From assembly GCA_951406725.2 (NCBI GenBank), contig OX597836.1, forward strand, positions 25,916,001 to 25,980,000: a DNA stretch of 64,000 nucleotides. Direction: 5' to 3'. Of this stretch, positions 43,790 to 57,822 are shown piece by piece. Both the position numbers and the translations under genes were made by a program. Positions within the stretch are counted from its first letter, which is position 1; each line of letters starts with the position of its first letter. The notes under the pieces are model-generated. The model saw nothing but the letters and a program-made list of their open reading frames with translations. It did not search any database and was not told the origin of the DNA. The stretch is from Octopus vulgaris (lineage: Eukaryota).

Positions 43790-45500
43790 TATATAGGCCT
43801 AAGGAGTGAAATTTGGGTTAGAGGGAGCAAGTTGATTTACTTGGAACCCAGTATTCGACTGGTACATAATTTAACAAGACTGAAAGGATGAAGGACAACA
43901 ACGATGTCGGCGGAATTAGAACCTAGAACGTGAAATGCCGGAAGAAATGCCGCAAAGCATCTTTGTTCGGCGTGATAAAAATTATACCAGTTCGGCACTT
44001 TAACATCATTAAATAACGGTTTCAAATTTTGGCACAAGGCCAGAAATTTTAGGGGAAGTAGTAAGTCTATTACATCTATCCAGTTGCCCAACTGCTATCC
44101 CGAAAGGTTAAAAGGCAAAGTCGATCTCTGCGGCATTTGAACTTAGATCGTAAAGCATTTTGCTCGGCGTGTTAACGATTCGGCCGGCTCGTACCTTAAC
44201 ATAGGGTTAACTAATTCTCTTTCTATTAAAGGCACAAGGTTGAAATTTTGGGATAGGTTACATCGACCAATGCGCAACTGGTACTTATTTTATCGACCCT
44301 GAAAGGATTAAAAGCAAAGTCGGCCTCGACAGAACTTGAACTCAGAATATTATTTACGTTATTTATATTAGACGGATATGCTTCCTCATCTTGTTTGTTG
44401 TTACCACAACGTTTCGACTGGTGTCCTGGTGGAAATTTGAACCCAAACCTGCGTTCTCATTCCTAAAGTACTTTTTGTGGTAGCAACAAACAAGATAAGG
44501 ACTCATATCCGTCCAATATAAATAATGTAAATAACGTAGATAATTCCTCATCTCTAAAATATAGAACAATATTGAAATCAGAATGGAAAGAGGGACGAGA
44601 TACGGCTTAGGATTTTTCCCGGTATGCGAACGATTCTGCTACCTCGTTGCCTTAACATAGAATTAAATGATGGCTTCATATTTTGCCACAAGGGCAGGAA
44701 TTTTGGAGGAGGGAGTGAGTCGATTGCATCTATCCCAGTGTTCAATTGGTATTTATTTCATCGACCACGAAAGGAAGAAAGACAAAGTCGATCTCGGCGG
44801 AATTTGAACTCAGAACATGAAGACAGACGAAATACCTATTTCTTTATTACCCACAAGGGGCTAAACACAGAGAGGACAAACAAGAACAGACAAACGGATT
44901 AAGTCGATTATATCGACCGCAGTGCGTAACTGTTACTTATTTAATCGACCCCGAAAGGATGAAAGGCAAAGTCGACCTCGGCGGAATTTGAACTCAGAAC
45001 GTAATGGCAGGCGAAATACGGCTACGCATTTAGCCCGGCGTGCTAACGATTCTGCCAGCTCGCCAGCTCGCCAGACGAAATACCTATTTCTTTACTACCC
45101 ACAAGGGGCTAAACACAGAGAGGACAAACAAGGACAGACAGACAGATTAAGTCGATTATATCGACCCCAGTGCGTAACTGGTACTTATTTAATCGACCCC
45201 GAAAGGATGAAAGGCAAAGTCGACCTCGACGAAATACCGTTAATCATTTTGCCCGACGCGCTAACATTTCTGCCAGCGCACCGATTTAACATAGAATGAA
45301 ATAATCCTTTCTACTAAAGGCACAAGTCCTGAAATTTCGGGTGAGTGGAAGGGGGGCAGTCGATTTCAACGACTTTATCGACCTCAAAAGGATGAAGAGC
45401 AAAGTCGACCTCGGCGGAATTTCATCTCAGAACATAAAGACGGACGAAATGCCGCTAAGCATTCACCCGGCATGCTAACGATTCTGCCAGCTCGCCACCT
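43790..45500 (-). mobile_element. Head-to-tail cluster of at least five SINE family B copies
   Basis: Repeated cgaccccgaaaggatgaaaggcaaagtcgacctcggcggaatttgaactcaga bodies; heads end near 43999, 44196, 44652, 45286, 45500. Confidence 0.9.
44349..44572. mobile_element. Palindromic insertion (inverted Penelope-like terminal repeats or MITE) in a SINE B copy
   Basis: ~59-bp inverted arms; 12-bp TSD tgaa(c/a)tcagaat at 44337 and 44573. Confidence 0.7.
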
Positions 45501-46051
45501 TAACATAGAATTGAATAATAGCAACAGGTACGACAACAGAACACACGAACAACAACAACTATAGCGTCGTTCTTTAATCGCTCATTAAGAGATTATCTGT
45601 GGAAGATATAAGGCAAGCTGGTGATTAGCTCTTTAATGGCGTTGCTTCTCATTACGTTTTGAAGCATCGCTTGAAAACGAGGATTTAGGACGAACTCACG
45701 CATGCGGGCGCGCATCAAGAAGAGCTTCTACGAAGTCATTCGACATGCTAGAAAAAGCAGCCGAATCTTATCTAAATAGCGGGAAGGGAGGGAGGATAAT
45801 GCAGTTTAAAATAAATTATCTAAAATCACGAGATGGTCACGCGGAGAATTCTTGTGGATATATTTTTGCTTAATCAGAATTGACAAATGATAAATCAACA
45901 GCAGGAGTAGCAGCAACAACAACAGAAACATCACCATGACAATAGCATAACCTTAAACTTACTTTATGCTTTTTTTTTGTTGTTGTTTTCGAAACGAAGG
46001 CATCCATTTTCCTAGTAATATCGGTACGAGAGAAAAAAATAAGCGACTTAC

Positions 46052-46077
46052 CAGCAGCGTTGCACAAAGTCCAAAAC
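46052..46077 (-). CDS. Candidate 26-nt microexon of an unknown gene
   Basis: Reverse strand: long T run-attgtag|GTTTTGGACTTTGTGCAACGCTGCTG|gtaagt; strong acceptor and consensus donor in unique DNA; no stop in any frame. Confidence 0.45.
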
Positions 46078-46384
46078 CTACAATAAAAAAAAAAAAAATA
46101 GAACTTAATCGGCTTTATATAATAGAAGCAGACGGCTTTTCTCTGCCTAATTTAACGTAAAATATTTCTTCTTTGGAAAGAATTTGAACGTGAAAGTACA
46201 ACGATGAAAAGAAAAGAATGAAATAAGCGTTGACAAAATTTTCTCTAGAGTCATGTGAGGTGAGTTCAGAAAAAAAAAACGTATGTAAGAGTAAGATGCA
46301 GGGGTGGATAAAATAAAACCATTGCGAGTTCAAAGGATATCACAATTTTCTGTCAATATGTCATATATATGTGTATATATATAT

Positions 46385-46469
<85 letters not shown>

Positions 46470-46694
46470 AAGATGGTGATGCAAAAGACAGAAAAAATCA
46501 ATAAAAGAGATGGGTGAGGGTAAGACAAACAAAACAGGGTATATAAGTTTGGCGCTCGGAACAAGCTTTTGATGTTTCGAGCTGGCGCTCTTCTGCAGAA
46601 AGGAATGAGGAGAGAATACTGATTGAGAGAGGAAGAAATAGAAAAGAAATAAACGTGTTTGAATAAATGGTTGTACACATATACATACACAACT

Positions 46695-46739
<45 letters not shown>

Positions 46740-46741
<2 letters not shown>

Positions 46742-47030
46742 CCGTGCATGGCCTAGTGATTAGGGCGTTGCATTCACGATCTGGGGATTGTGATTTCAAT
46801 TCCTAGACCGGATAGTGTGTTGTGTTCTTGAGCAAAACACTTCATCTCACGTTGGTTTGCGATCACTTCTACACCTGACGCGTGGTGCACCGTGCACCTG
46901 TTCAGACAACGCCGATTTAATGGAGAGAATGAGCAAATATGCGGCACGAACATTTGATCACTACCAGTTGTGAAGGCCGGTCGGCAAAAGCTGAACGCTC
47001 ACACGTCGTCTTTGACGGTAGAGTCCATCA
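46740..47030 (+). mobile_element. tRNA-derived SINE family C
   Basis: A box tggcctagtgatta, B-box-like gatttcaattcc, gtgttcttgagcaaaacact. Confidence 0.8.
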
Positions 47031-47112
47031 TATATGTTAATAGTTTGAATTAGTTTGAATTCTAACTAATAACGGACAAAAATTTCTCTTCGAACAATAG
47101 CATATTTATACA

Positions 47113-47199
47113 CCCTGAAGTGATCGCACAAATGATGCATATATCTCTGCATATGAATATGCAACAATATGCAATTAATGCGATCGAAACACGTGTCGG
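47113..47199 (+). ncRNA. Hammerhead-ribozyme-like motif, variant core
   Basis: CTGAAGT, perfect 7-bp stem II GATCGCA/TGCGATC around a 50-nt insert, GAAAC-ACGT-GTC. Confidence 0.55.
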
Positions 47200-47272
47200 A
47201 AAATTATTATGAATTAACCAAATATAAATAAACATAAAGTCTGAATATTTGAATTCTTCATCCTCCATACAT

Positions 47273-47305
<33 letters not shown>

Positions 47306-47674
47306 TGCGGGTGCGTGTGTGTGTACTGTGATTTTACTCTCCAAGTAACCAGGAAATAAACCGTAAGATCGGATGGTAGTTTTTTTAGGAAATATATTTT
47401 TACCTTAAAATGGAATAAACCGGCCTTGGTACTTTACTTAGAGTAACACGTTATCTGTCTGTATATTTATATCCCACCTCTTACTATATATATATATATG
47501 ATTTTGGGACGAATGTTTTTTTTTTCAGACGGCGCCTTCTTTTACAATCTCGTAAATAATAATATTAGTATTTTTATATAAGCTTCAAGCTTATGGTGAT
47601 CATTGTGCAATAACTAAGTAAGATAGTCTAATAAAGGGGCATATAAGCCCCCGATAGAAAGAAGAAGGCTTTCC

Positions 47675-47748
47675 TATCCGCATAGGAGTCGAACCTTCAT
47701 TCCTTTGTTAACACGACTAAGTGTGTTACTTTTACACCAGCGAATTAG
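47675..47748 (-). pseudogene. tRNA-like relic
   Basis: Reverse strand A-box-like tggtgtaaaagtaa, B box ggttcgactcc, partial acceptor stem ttcgc/gcgga. Confidence 0.45.
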
Positions 47749-48074
47749 CCTCCCCATTTCTGTCAAATTTAAGAACTATAATAGTTCTTGTATATATATA
47801 TAGTTTTATTGAACTGCTAAGTAAGGGTTTGTGAAGTTTTTCAGCTTGTTGAATACATTATAATTTACTTCACCTTGGTCTTCGAGTACTATTTTCTCAC
47901 CGTGTTTTGCACCGATATTCTCCCAGTCCAAAGTATGACATGATATATGTTAACCTAGGTTTTAAACATATAAATATATCAACCTTACGTATTTTGTCAT
48001 CGATTGAAAGAATGAGGGAACAGTTTTAATCGATTTTCGACTCTTCTTGATGTTTCATCTGCGAAGTCTAACAT

Positions 48075-48191
<117 letters not shown>

Positions 48192-48490
48192 GTCTGTGTG
48201 TGTGTGTGTGTGTAAAGTTGAGTTTATAAACAAGAGGAAAATTGTAGACAATGCATTAAAGTAAACAGTAAACACTCGTTGCATTTGTGAGGTTTTCTTC
48301 GATTGATGTTTAATGGTGCGATGAGCGGAAACGAGAAACACTGAGTTTTATATAAGAAGCAGTTCATGTTAATCCAAGTACGCACAGACACATAGACACA
48401 CACACACACAAACACATAGACATGCAATTACATACTTACATACATAGATACATATGCATATATGCTTACATGTATAAATACATCTATATA

Positions 48491-48530
<40 letters not shown>

Positions 48531-48573
48531 GAAGTAAACACATAAATGTGAAACAAGGTGGAAAAAAGAGTAC

Positions 48574-48724
48574 TCAGCAGCTTACATCCTAGATGTGAAT
48601 AAGCAGAACATGTGTATGTGTATGTGCGTGTGTGTGTGCATATACATATGTACTTACATATATACATTCATAAATACATATATATAAATACATATATACA
48701 CATATATATGCATGTATATAAACT

Positions 48725-48758
<34 letters not shown>

Positions 48759-48991
48759 TATATACTTTTACATACACACACATATATATTTATATATAGG
48801 TATATATACAAACATATATATATAAAGATATAGGCATAAATATGTATGAGTATATTTACACACACACACACACTCACACATATATATATATAGACATACA
48901 TATATATATATATATGCACACACACACACACACACGCGCACACACACACACACATGTTCTGTTTATCCACATCTAGGATGTAAGCTGCTGA
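48574..48991. repeat. Fold-back: 42-bp inverted arms extended by TG/CA microsatellites
   Basis: tcagcagcttacatcctagatgtgaataagcagaacatgtgt and its reverse complement with two mismatches. Confidence 0.9.
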
Positions 48992-49193
48992 AAAGTACAC
49001 CGTTTATATGTGCTTGGGGTGGGTGTGGGTAGCTTTCTTCGATGTACAAAGTTAAAAACGATGCATTGATATATGAGGACCTTGTTAACAACATAACATG
49101 TTGTATCAGAAAGAACGACAGAGAGCAAAAGTGATAGAGAAAGACACGCAGAGAACGAACGAGCGAGCGAGAGAGAGAGAGAAGGAGGGAAAG

Positions 49194-49227
<34 letters not shown>

Positions 49228-49799
49228 AGAGAGAGAGAGAGAAGGAGGGAGAGAGAGAGAGCGAAGAAAAGTAAGCTGAGAGTTTATTCACAATATGTTG
49301 CTGTCGTTAAATGCCGTTTGTATTCGATAGTGTTTATGTTAGAGATAACTGCCTTCTCTTTGCAAATATACGAAGCAGAAAATATGTAGCAATGACAACG
49401 AAGTATTAGAAATGAAGAAGACAAGAGGAATAGCAAGTTATTCAATCCTTCCGTACGGTAGAATGGTTAAACAGGTCATAGATGCATCGAACATTATCTG
49501 TAAAGAGCAAATAGGCGTGAACACTCATGTTAACTGACTCATAATAGCTGTAATGTTCTAATAGTATTTCTATAATAGCAGTAATTCTTGAAAGCAGATT
49601 GAGTAACGGGGAAAATAGTTTAAACTACAAACAATCAGATGAGGGGGAACTTACGATAGATGTGTCAAAATGAAGCCCTCACCTACCGAACAGTGAACGC
49701 TTCACGACCCGTGGCTTAGAGCTGAGCTGTAGTACTTAACTAGGATTCACAGCAATTCCTGTTTTCCACGTTCTTTATCTTGTTTACATATTTCTTAAT

Positions 49800-50115
49800 A
49801 TGGCTGAGTAGTAAGAAGTTTACTTCCCAACCACTGTTATAACCTCGGGTCACCCAAAGCATTGTGAGAGGAATTGGCAGACGGAAACTGAAAGAAGCCT
49901 CTGTGCGTGCATGTGTGTGTATCTTTGTCTCTCACCATCGCTTGACAACCGTTGTTGGTGTGTTTACGTCTCCGTAACTTAGCGGTTCACTAAAAGGGGA
50001 TGACAGAATAAGTACCAGGCTTTACAAAAAACGATAAATACTGGGGTCGTTTCTTTCTATTAAAATTCTTCAAGATGGTGCCCCAGAGTGGCCGCAGCCA
50101 AATGATTGAAGTAAC
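49800..50115 (+). mobile_element. SINE family A, older copy
   Basis: cagacggaaactgaaagaagcc...gcttgacaaccg...gaataagtaccagg...ggtgccccagagtggccgcag. Confidence 0.8.
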
Positions 50116-50129
50116 AGATAGATTAACTC

Positions 50130-50569
50130 ATTTGTTAGGTATTGCATGGCTGCATTTAAATATTAACAATGGTTGATGTTCTTTTTTTTAATTCCTCGAA
50201 ATTTCCCAACAAATAATGTTATCCTCTTCGGTCGTTTATTCGCCAATGTTCTTCCATAAGCTAGTCACGTGACTAACTGAGACTTTGACTTGGACATCGA
50301 GGAACGACTACGCTTGGTCGTCCATATATTCCCTGTTGTCTAAAGAGTAATTTCTGCAAGAAAATGACGTCCCGAAATCAAAGAAACTGTTGGTAGTAAG
50401 TGCTAGCATCATTTTGTTCCGTAGGAGAGTTCCACTGGGGAATTTGCTAAGTCTGATAAACGTCAGAAGTGAAGTATTCAACTTTGCAGTGTTATGCACT
50501 TGGACTGAGTTTGAAGAATGTGGAGACGAATTAACCCCGTCGCTTTTACTTAGAAGCGAAGCAATAACT

Positions 50570-50570
<1 letters not shown>
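50130..50570 (-). mobile_element. Possible Penelope-like RT relic
   Basis: FPSGTLL...DAST...TN...G...CRNYSLDNR across frameshifts resembles P..TLL.T.DV.SLYTNI....G..AC...L..R. Confidence 0.3.
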
Positions 50571-50619
<49 letters not shown>

Positions 50620-51083
50620 TCTTCTTCTTCTTCTTCTTCTTCTTCTTCTTCTTCTTCTTCTTCCTCTCTGACAAAGAAAAACAGCCTGAAACATCAGTCT
50701 TTCATCTTCTCCTCACTTCAACTTAACAAACATTTCTGTGAATTCTCTTGAATTTTTAAAAAATTAATCCAAGAGAGTAATGTAAGTAGGTTTATAAGGC
50801 AGAATCTTTAGACTGAGGCACCAAAATAAGAATTAGAGTTGAATCTTCAAACAACTGAAGAAGAGATTTTGTCTCGAGAACGCGACACTCTCTTAAAAAT
50901 TGGAAGAGAAGCAGACATTACTGCGGAACAAATGACCTGCATATTATCTAGTCTACTTGTTCCCAATTGATGTCCGCATGGCCTTTTGGGGTCCATATCA
51001 GATTTTGTTGCTCAAAATTATGTGCAATGAATTGGTTATACTTTTACAATACACAAAATATTTAAATTTCTTTTTATAAAGAA

Positions 51084-51589
51084 CTAGCAGTATCGCCCGG
51101 TGTTGCTCGGGTTTGTAAGAGAAATAACTATATAAGCATTTTTAGAGAGTTACTTCCCTTATAGATGCCAATTCGGGCTTTCTTAGCCATTTCTGTTTTG
51201 GTGTCTTCAAGCCATGAAGTCGTTGTTCTAAAAGAACGCTGGTCTCCTTGACAACGACGTTGATTTCTTTACACTCCCTTCCCCACAGCTTCACGAGGGA
51301 GGGAAGAAGGGGGAGAAGCAAACAGGTGCAGGTGTGACCATGGATGCCAACTCCGCCGCCATCGACACACGAAAAATTATGCATTAAAATGGAATAAAAA
51401 ATGATGTTAAATTATTTTTAAAATCGTAGACTCATCCTAGACGCGCGCTAATACCCAGAAGGGCTCGATATGAATCACGACTATAAGATACCCGAATTTG
51501 GTTAAACTGCACCGCAAAATGTGGGAGTAGTTAGGAATCTAAATCGAAGGGGACAGACACTCACACAACTACAGTTTTATATATATAGA
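51084..51589 (-). mobile_element. Non-autonomous Helitron, intact termini
   Basis: Reverse strand TCTATATATATAAAAC...cccgagcaacaccgggcgatactgCTAG; A|T insertion site. Confidence 0.9.
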
Positions 51590-51694
51590 TAAAATGTTTT
51601 GAATGACACAACAATGCACTATAACACAAACAATGGACTATAATAACAGTTGTAATTTAATCATCCGTATCTATATATATAAATATATAAATAC

Positions 51695-51737
51695 AGTCTG
51701 AAGAAGGAATTTTTATTCCGAAATATTATATCAGACT
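51695..51737 (+). ncRNA. Minimal hammerhead-like motif
   Basis: CTGAAGA-A-GGAAT(TTTT)ATTCC-GAAA-TATTATA-TC; flanks agtct/agact. Confidence 0.45.
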
Positions 51738-51859
51738 ATGGATTATTAAATTACAACAGTTCTTATAGTAGACCATTGTTTGAATTATGGTGCATTGCTG
51801 GGCCATTCAAAACAGTTTATTCTTTACAAACAATGCACAATGCTTCAATTGAACTACAA

Positions 51860-52275
51860 TACTCTTTACTCTTTTACTCTTTTACTTGTTTCAGTCATTT
51901 GACTGCGGCCATGCTGGAGCACCGCCTTTAGTCGAGCAACTCGACCCCGGGACTTATTCTTTTTGTAAGCCCAGTACTCATTCTATCGGTCTCTTTTTGC
52001 CGAACCGCTAAGTGACGGGGACGTAAACACACCAGCATCGGTTGTCAAGCAGTGCTAGGGGAACAAACACAGACACACAAACACACACACATACATATAT
52101 ATATATATACATATATACGACGGGCTTCTTTCAGTTTCCGTCTACCAAATCCACTCACAAGGCATTGGTCGGCCCGAGGCTATAGCAGAAGACACTTGCC
52201 CAAGATGCCACGCAGTGGGACTGAACCCGGAACCATGTGGTTGGTTAGCAAGCTACTTACCACACAGCCACTCCT
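51860..52275 (-). mobile_element. SINE family A, well-preserved copy
   Basis: Highly similar to 14937-15360. Confidence 0.93.
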
Positions 52276-52704
52276 ATCTTTTTATAAGATTCCTAATATT
52301 TGATTATAAAAAAATATAATGGGATTTTTTTAAACATCGGATGGCTATGAGGATCCATCCAAGGAAAATCGGGATCAAAGAGTTCGAAACGTAAATGATG
52401 TTTGAGAAGAACTGATCTTGACGACTGTTTTGAGGTCAGTTTAAAATTAGAGAAAGAAATTCTCAGACGCATTTTTAATGACATTTTCGATTATATATTC
52501 TATTTTTGATAGTAATAGTAGCTGTGATGGTTGTGGTTTTCGTGGTGAGGGTACAGGTTGTGGCGGTTTTGGTGATGGTGCTGGTGGTGGTACTAACAGT
52601 AGTATTGATAGTAATGGTGCCATTACTTCTAGGGAACGACACTGTTGCTGTTGCTTCTGGTGGGAGCTGATGGAAGTGGGGGAATAAAGAAAAGAACCAA
52701 AAGT

Positions 52705-52741
52705 TGATAGATAGATAAATAAGATAGATAACATAGATAAC

Positions 52742-52808
<67 letters not shown>

Positions 52809-52834
52809 TGGAGATAAAAAGATTGACAGACATG

Positions 52835-52922
<88 letters not shown>

Positions 52923-52955
52923 AAGAGTGACAGACATGTAGATAGAAAGAAAGAT

Positions 52956-53031
<76 letters not shown>

Positions 53032-53032
53032 T

Positions 53033-53098
<66 letters not shown>

Positions 53099-53125
53099 GG
53101 GGACAAGAAAGAGAGAGAGAGAGAG
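52705..53125. repeat. (GATA)n/(GAAA)n microsatellite
   Basis: Direct reading. Confidence 0.95.
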
Positions 53126-54125
53126 CTTTAAATGAGAGCAGTGAGGTGAATAGGTTAGAAAGGGGAAAATATGAAAAAGAATGCACTAGAAATAGTCAAC
53201 GAGAAAAGTCAAAAGGTTGTTTAGTTTGATATGTTGGTGCATTTATCGAAGTCAAGTGAAGCAGAAATCTAAAATAGAATCAGTAGTAACAAGGTTAAAT
53301 GCCTTTTACTTCTCATTTCACAATCACGTCACATTTAAAAAGATAGAAAGAAGAAAAAAAATGATCCTCAAGAAAAATTATGCAAATCGAATATGGCGGC
53401 CTCCTATTGACAATTGTATAACGTTATGAGGTATTCTCAAGCAAAATGTTTATTGTGTTTTAACCTAAAAAGATTGTACTTGATAATGCAGCTGCTAGAT
53501 GTAGTAATTTTAATTGATTCCAATCACTTATGTTCTTCCTCTTGTTATTGTTGCCATTTTATTTCAACCATTTCAATGAATATATCCCATTTATTGTATT
53601 TATGCTTTATTTTGGTATTTACTGCTGATATTTTTTCATGTTTCTTTTTTTCCTTCGTTTTTTTTCGGGGGGTGGGAGGATTTTTTTCCATAATATTTTA
53701 TTTCCCTACATTATTTGCTAAAATCAATAATGTGTTCTTCAATAAATTTCTCGAATTCCTTCATTTAGATTTGTAAATGAATTTTAGGTTAATTATTTTT
53801 TGCTAATTTAATTTTTTTCTATCATTTATGTCTTTCAATGAGATTTTCAATTTGTTCATCAAATTTTATATCATGTTTTTAGATGTAGATTCTAATAAAT
53901 TCCCCACGTGTGTGATCCATTTCTTTTTGTTTTTTTTTTCTTTTCTTCTCTTTATCCTAAGCGGCCGATTTTATGATACAATGATTACATGACATGAATA
54001 TTTATGTTGGTATTTTTCACTATTTTAAGCAAGGTAAACTCAGCGAAACGAATGTTCAAATCAAAATTTCAATACATTTCAAATTGTTAAATTATTGAAG
54101 AATGTGTGAATGTTACATTTCTTTC

Positions 54126-55440
<1,315 letters not shown>

Positions 55441-55449
55441 TGTGATGAA

Positions 55450-55672
55450 GGCACGTGGCTTAGGGGCTAGAACGATTCAGTTCACGATCGTAAGGTCATG
55501 AGTTCGATTCCCAACAGCGTGTTGTGTCCTTGAACAAGTCATTTCATTTCACGTTGCTCCTGTCCACTCAGCCTTGTCACATTCTGTGTCTCGCTGAGTC
55601 TCCCAGAAAACTACACTAAGGTAAACGTGTCTGCGGAATGCTCAGCCACTTGTACGTTAATCTCACTAGCAA
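55450..55672 (+). mobile_element. tRNA-derived SINE family C variant
   Basis: A box tggcttagggg, B box gagttcgattcc, gttgtgtccttgaacaag. Confidence 0.8.
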
Positions 55673-56394
55673 ATACCAGTCTTATAATTTATATACATGC
55701 CCAAGAATGTATGTGACACTTTCCCACCAGTTCAACAACAAAAATTAATCGTCATGCACTACGTCACACCTTACACGACAAAACTTGATAGGAAAACATT
55801 GGTGGACAACACATCTATAGTATGCAGAATTCTTCACAAAAAGCATTGACTCACAAGGATGGAATCAATGCTAATCATACAGCACAATGCTAAAGTAAAC
55901 ATCCAGATAATATAGACCTGTCACAATCAAAAATAAACATCGTACAAGATTTGTACATTTGTAGTGAAGCCTACGCCAAGAAACTTCACTCTGGTTATAA
56001 GCGTGAGAAAGAAAATAAGACAAGAAAATCACATCCGCCTGAAGATTAGCCAACGGAGATCGAGAGAGGTGTAGGTACACATATTAATAGATCACATTAA
56101 TGCAATAATGTATATAATATACATAACATTAAGCAATTAGCAGCAGATGATATGTAGCAGAAACTGTTGCTTTTATTTGGAATAAAGCCTGTGTAATCCA
56201 TCTTCTTGTAATAGAATTTTTTACGTATAAATTCTGCGAATATTAACGGATTTCCACATGTATGTTCCGTAAAAGAAGTGCTACACTATGATGGCACCTG
56301 GTAGCCGACACCTGTAAAGGAGCTTTGGAATGCACTATATAATTTTATTGCCCAGATGATATTAAATTATATATATACATATATTAAGCTATAC

Positions 56395-56425
<31 letters not shown>

Positions 56426-56573
56426 TGTATGTATGTACGTATGTACGTATGTATGATTATGTATGTATGTAAGTATGTATGTACGATATGTATAAGACGG
56501 CGAGCAAGAAGAATCGTTAGAATGCTGGACAAAATGTTTAGTAGTGTGGGGGTGCGTGTGCATGTGTGTATTA

Positions 56574-56624
<51 letters not shown>

Positions 56625-57119
56625 TAACCTATATAAATGCTGGATGGTTTGTGGGTTGATTTCCAAGTTACGTTTTCCATTGAATACACAAAGGTGGAGA
56701 GAGAGAGAAAAAAATAGATGCGGAGAAAGAGTTAATATTCCAAGTGCGAGAGAAATATTTTATAAATTTCCGTCAACTATATTTTTAATGAAATTTGGCA
56801 GACATAGGTTTTCGATAGACTCTATTGCAATTATGTTGATATAATTGAGAAAAATAATAACATATTAACACAAATTTATTCTAATTATACAAATGAGAAA
56901 TTTATTTTATTTTATTTCATTTTATTTTATTAAAAGGTAATGAATAAATTTATTTTGGAAATTAGTATTCGATTAATCATTTTAAATATGCACCAAGAAA
57001 TATGAGAAAAGTTAAATTATAATTATAGTATATATGTATGCCGTATCTCCTGATATTACCTATGGGGTTAAAAGCATTTTCCCATAGTTACCAATATGTA
57101 TGAGAGTAGAAAAACACTA

Positions 57120-57539
57120 GAAGGAAAATGACCATCTTTGGTTTCAAGACAAAAGGTTTCCTTCCATCAGAATAATGTTCGACCACATACAGTGAGTATA
57201 GCATTCCAAAGGTTGGAGCTGTTTGAATGAGAAACAATGTCCCACCAACCATATTCGCCGGACATTGCCCCATATGATTATCATTTATTCCGCAGTCTTC
57301 AAAATCATTTGGATAGAAAAAACATGAATTCTGTAGATGAGGACAGAACAGAATTGGAGGAATAATTTTCGTCACAGACAAGTGAATTTTGGAAGAGGTG
57401 CCTTGCAAGTCTACCAGTTAGATGGAAGAGCATTGTAGAAAATCAAGGAGGGTATATTTTAGGTTAAAAGAGAACTTTGTTTATCTTAATTTTGAAAAAT
57501 AAAAGTATTAAAAACCGCATTATTTATGGGATGATCCAA
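57120..57539 (+). mobile_element. Mariner 3' half with right TIR
   Basis: FHQNNVRPH, HQPYSPDIAPYDYHLFRSLQNHL, RWKSIVENQGGYI; ends cgcattatttatgggatgatccaa|TA. Confidence 0.9.
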
Positions 57540-57561
57540 TATACATACATACAAACATATA

Positions 57562-57822
57562 CGAGGAAGTGCTGGAAAGTGCCTGGCTTTAGGAATATCA
57601 CGAAAGGCCTGGTTGGAGACCCAACCTTCCGATTTCTTGTACAGGGTTCTAAGAGATTGAAGGACCGCTGCAATAAGCGTGTGAATCTGAGAGGGAAATA
57701 TGTTGAATAAAATCATAATTAACACACTTATTGCAGCAGTCGTTCAGTTTTTCTAAGTCTTGTAAAAAAAACCGGGAAAGTTGGACGAAAGCCTTAGAGA
57801 CAAGAACTTTTCAGCACACCTC

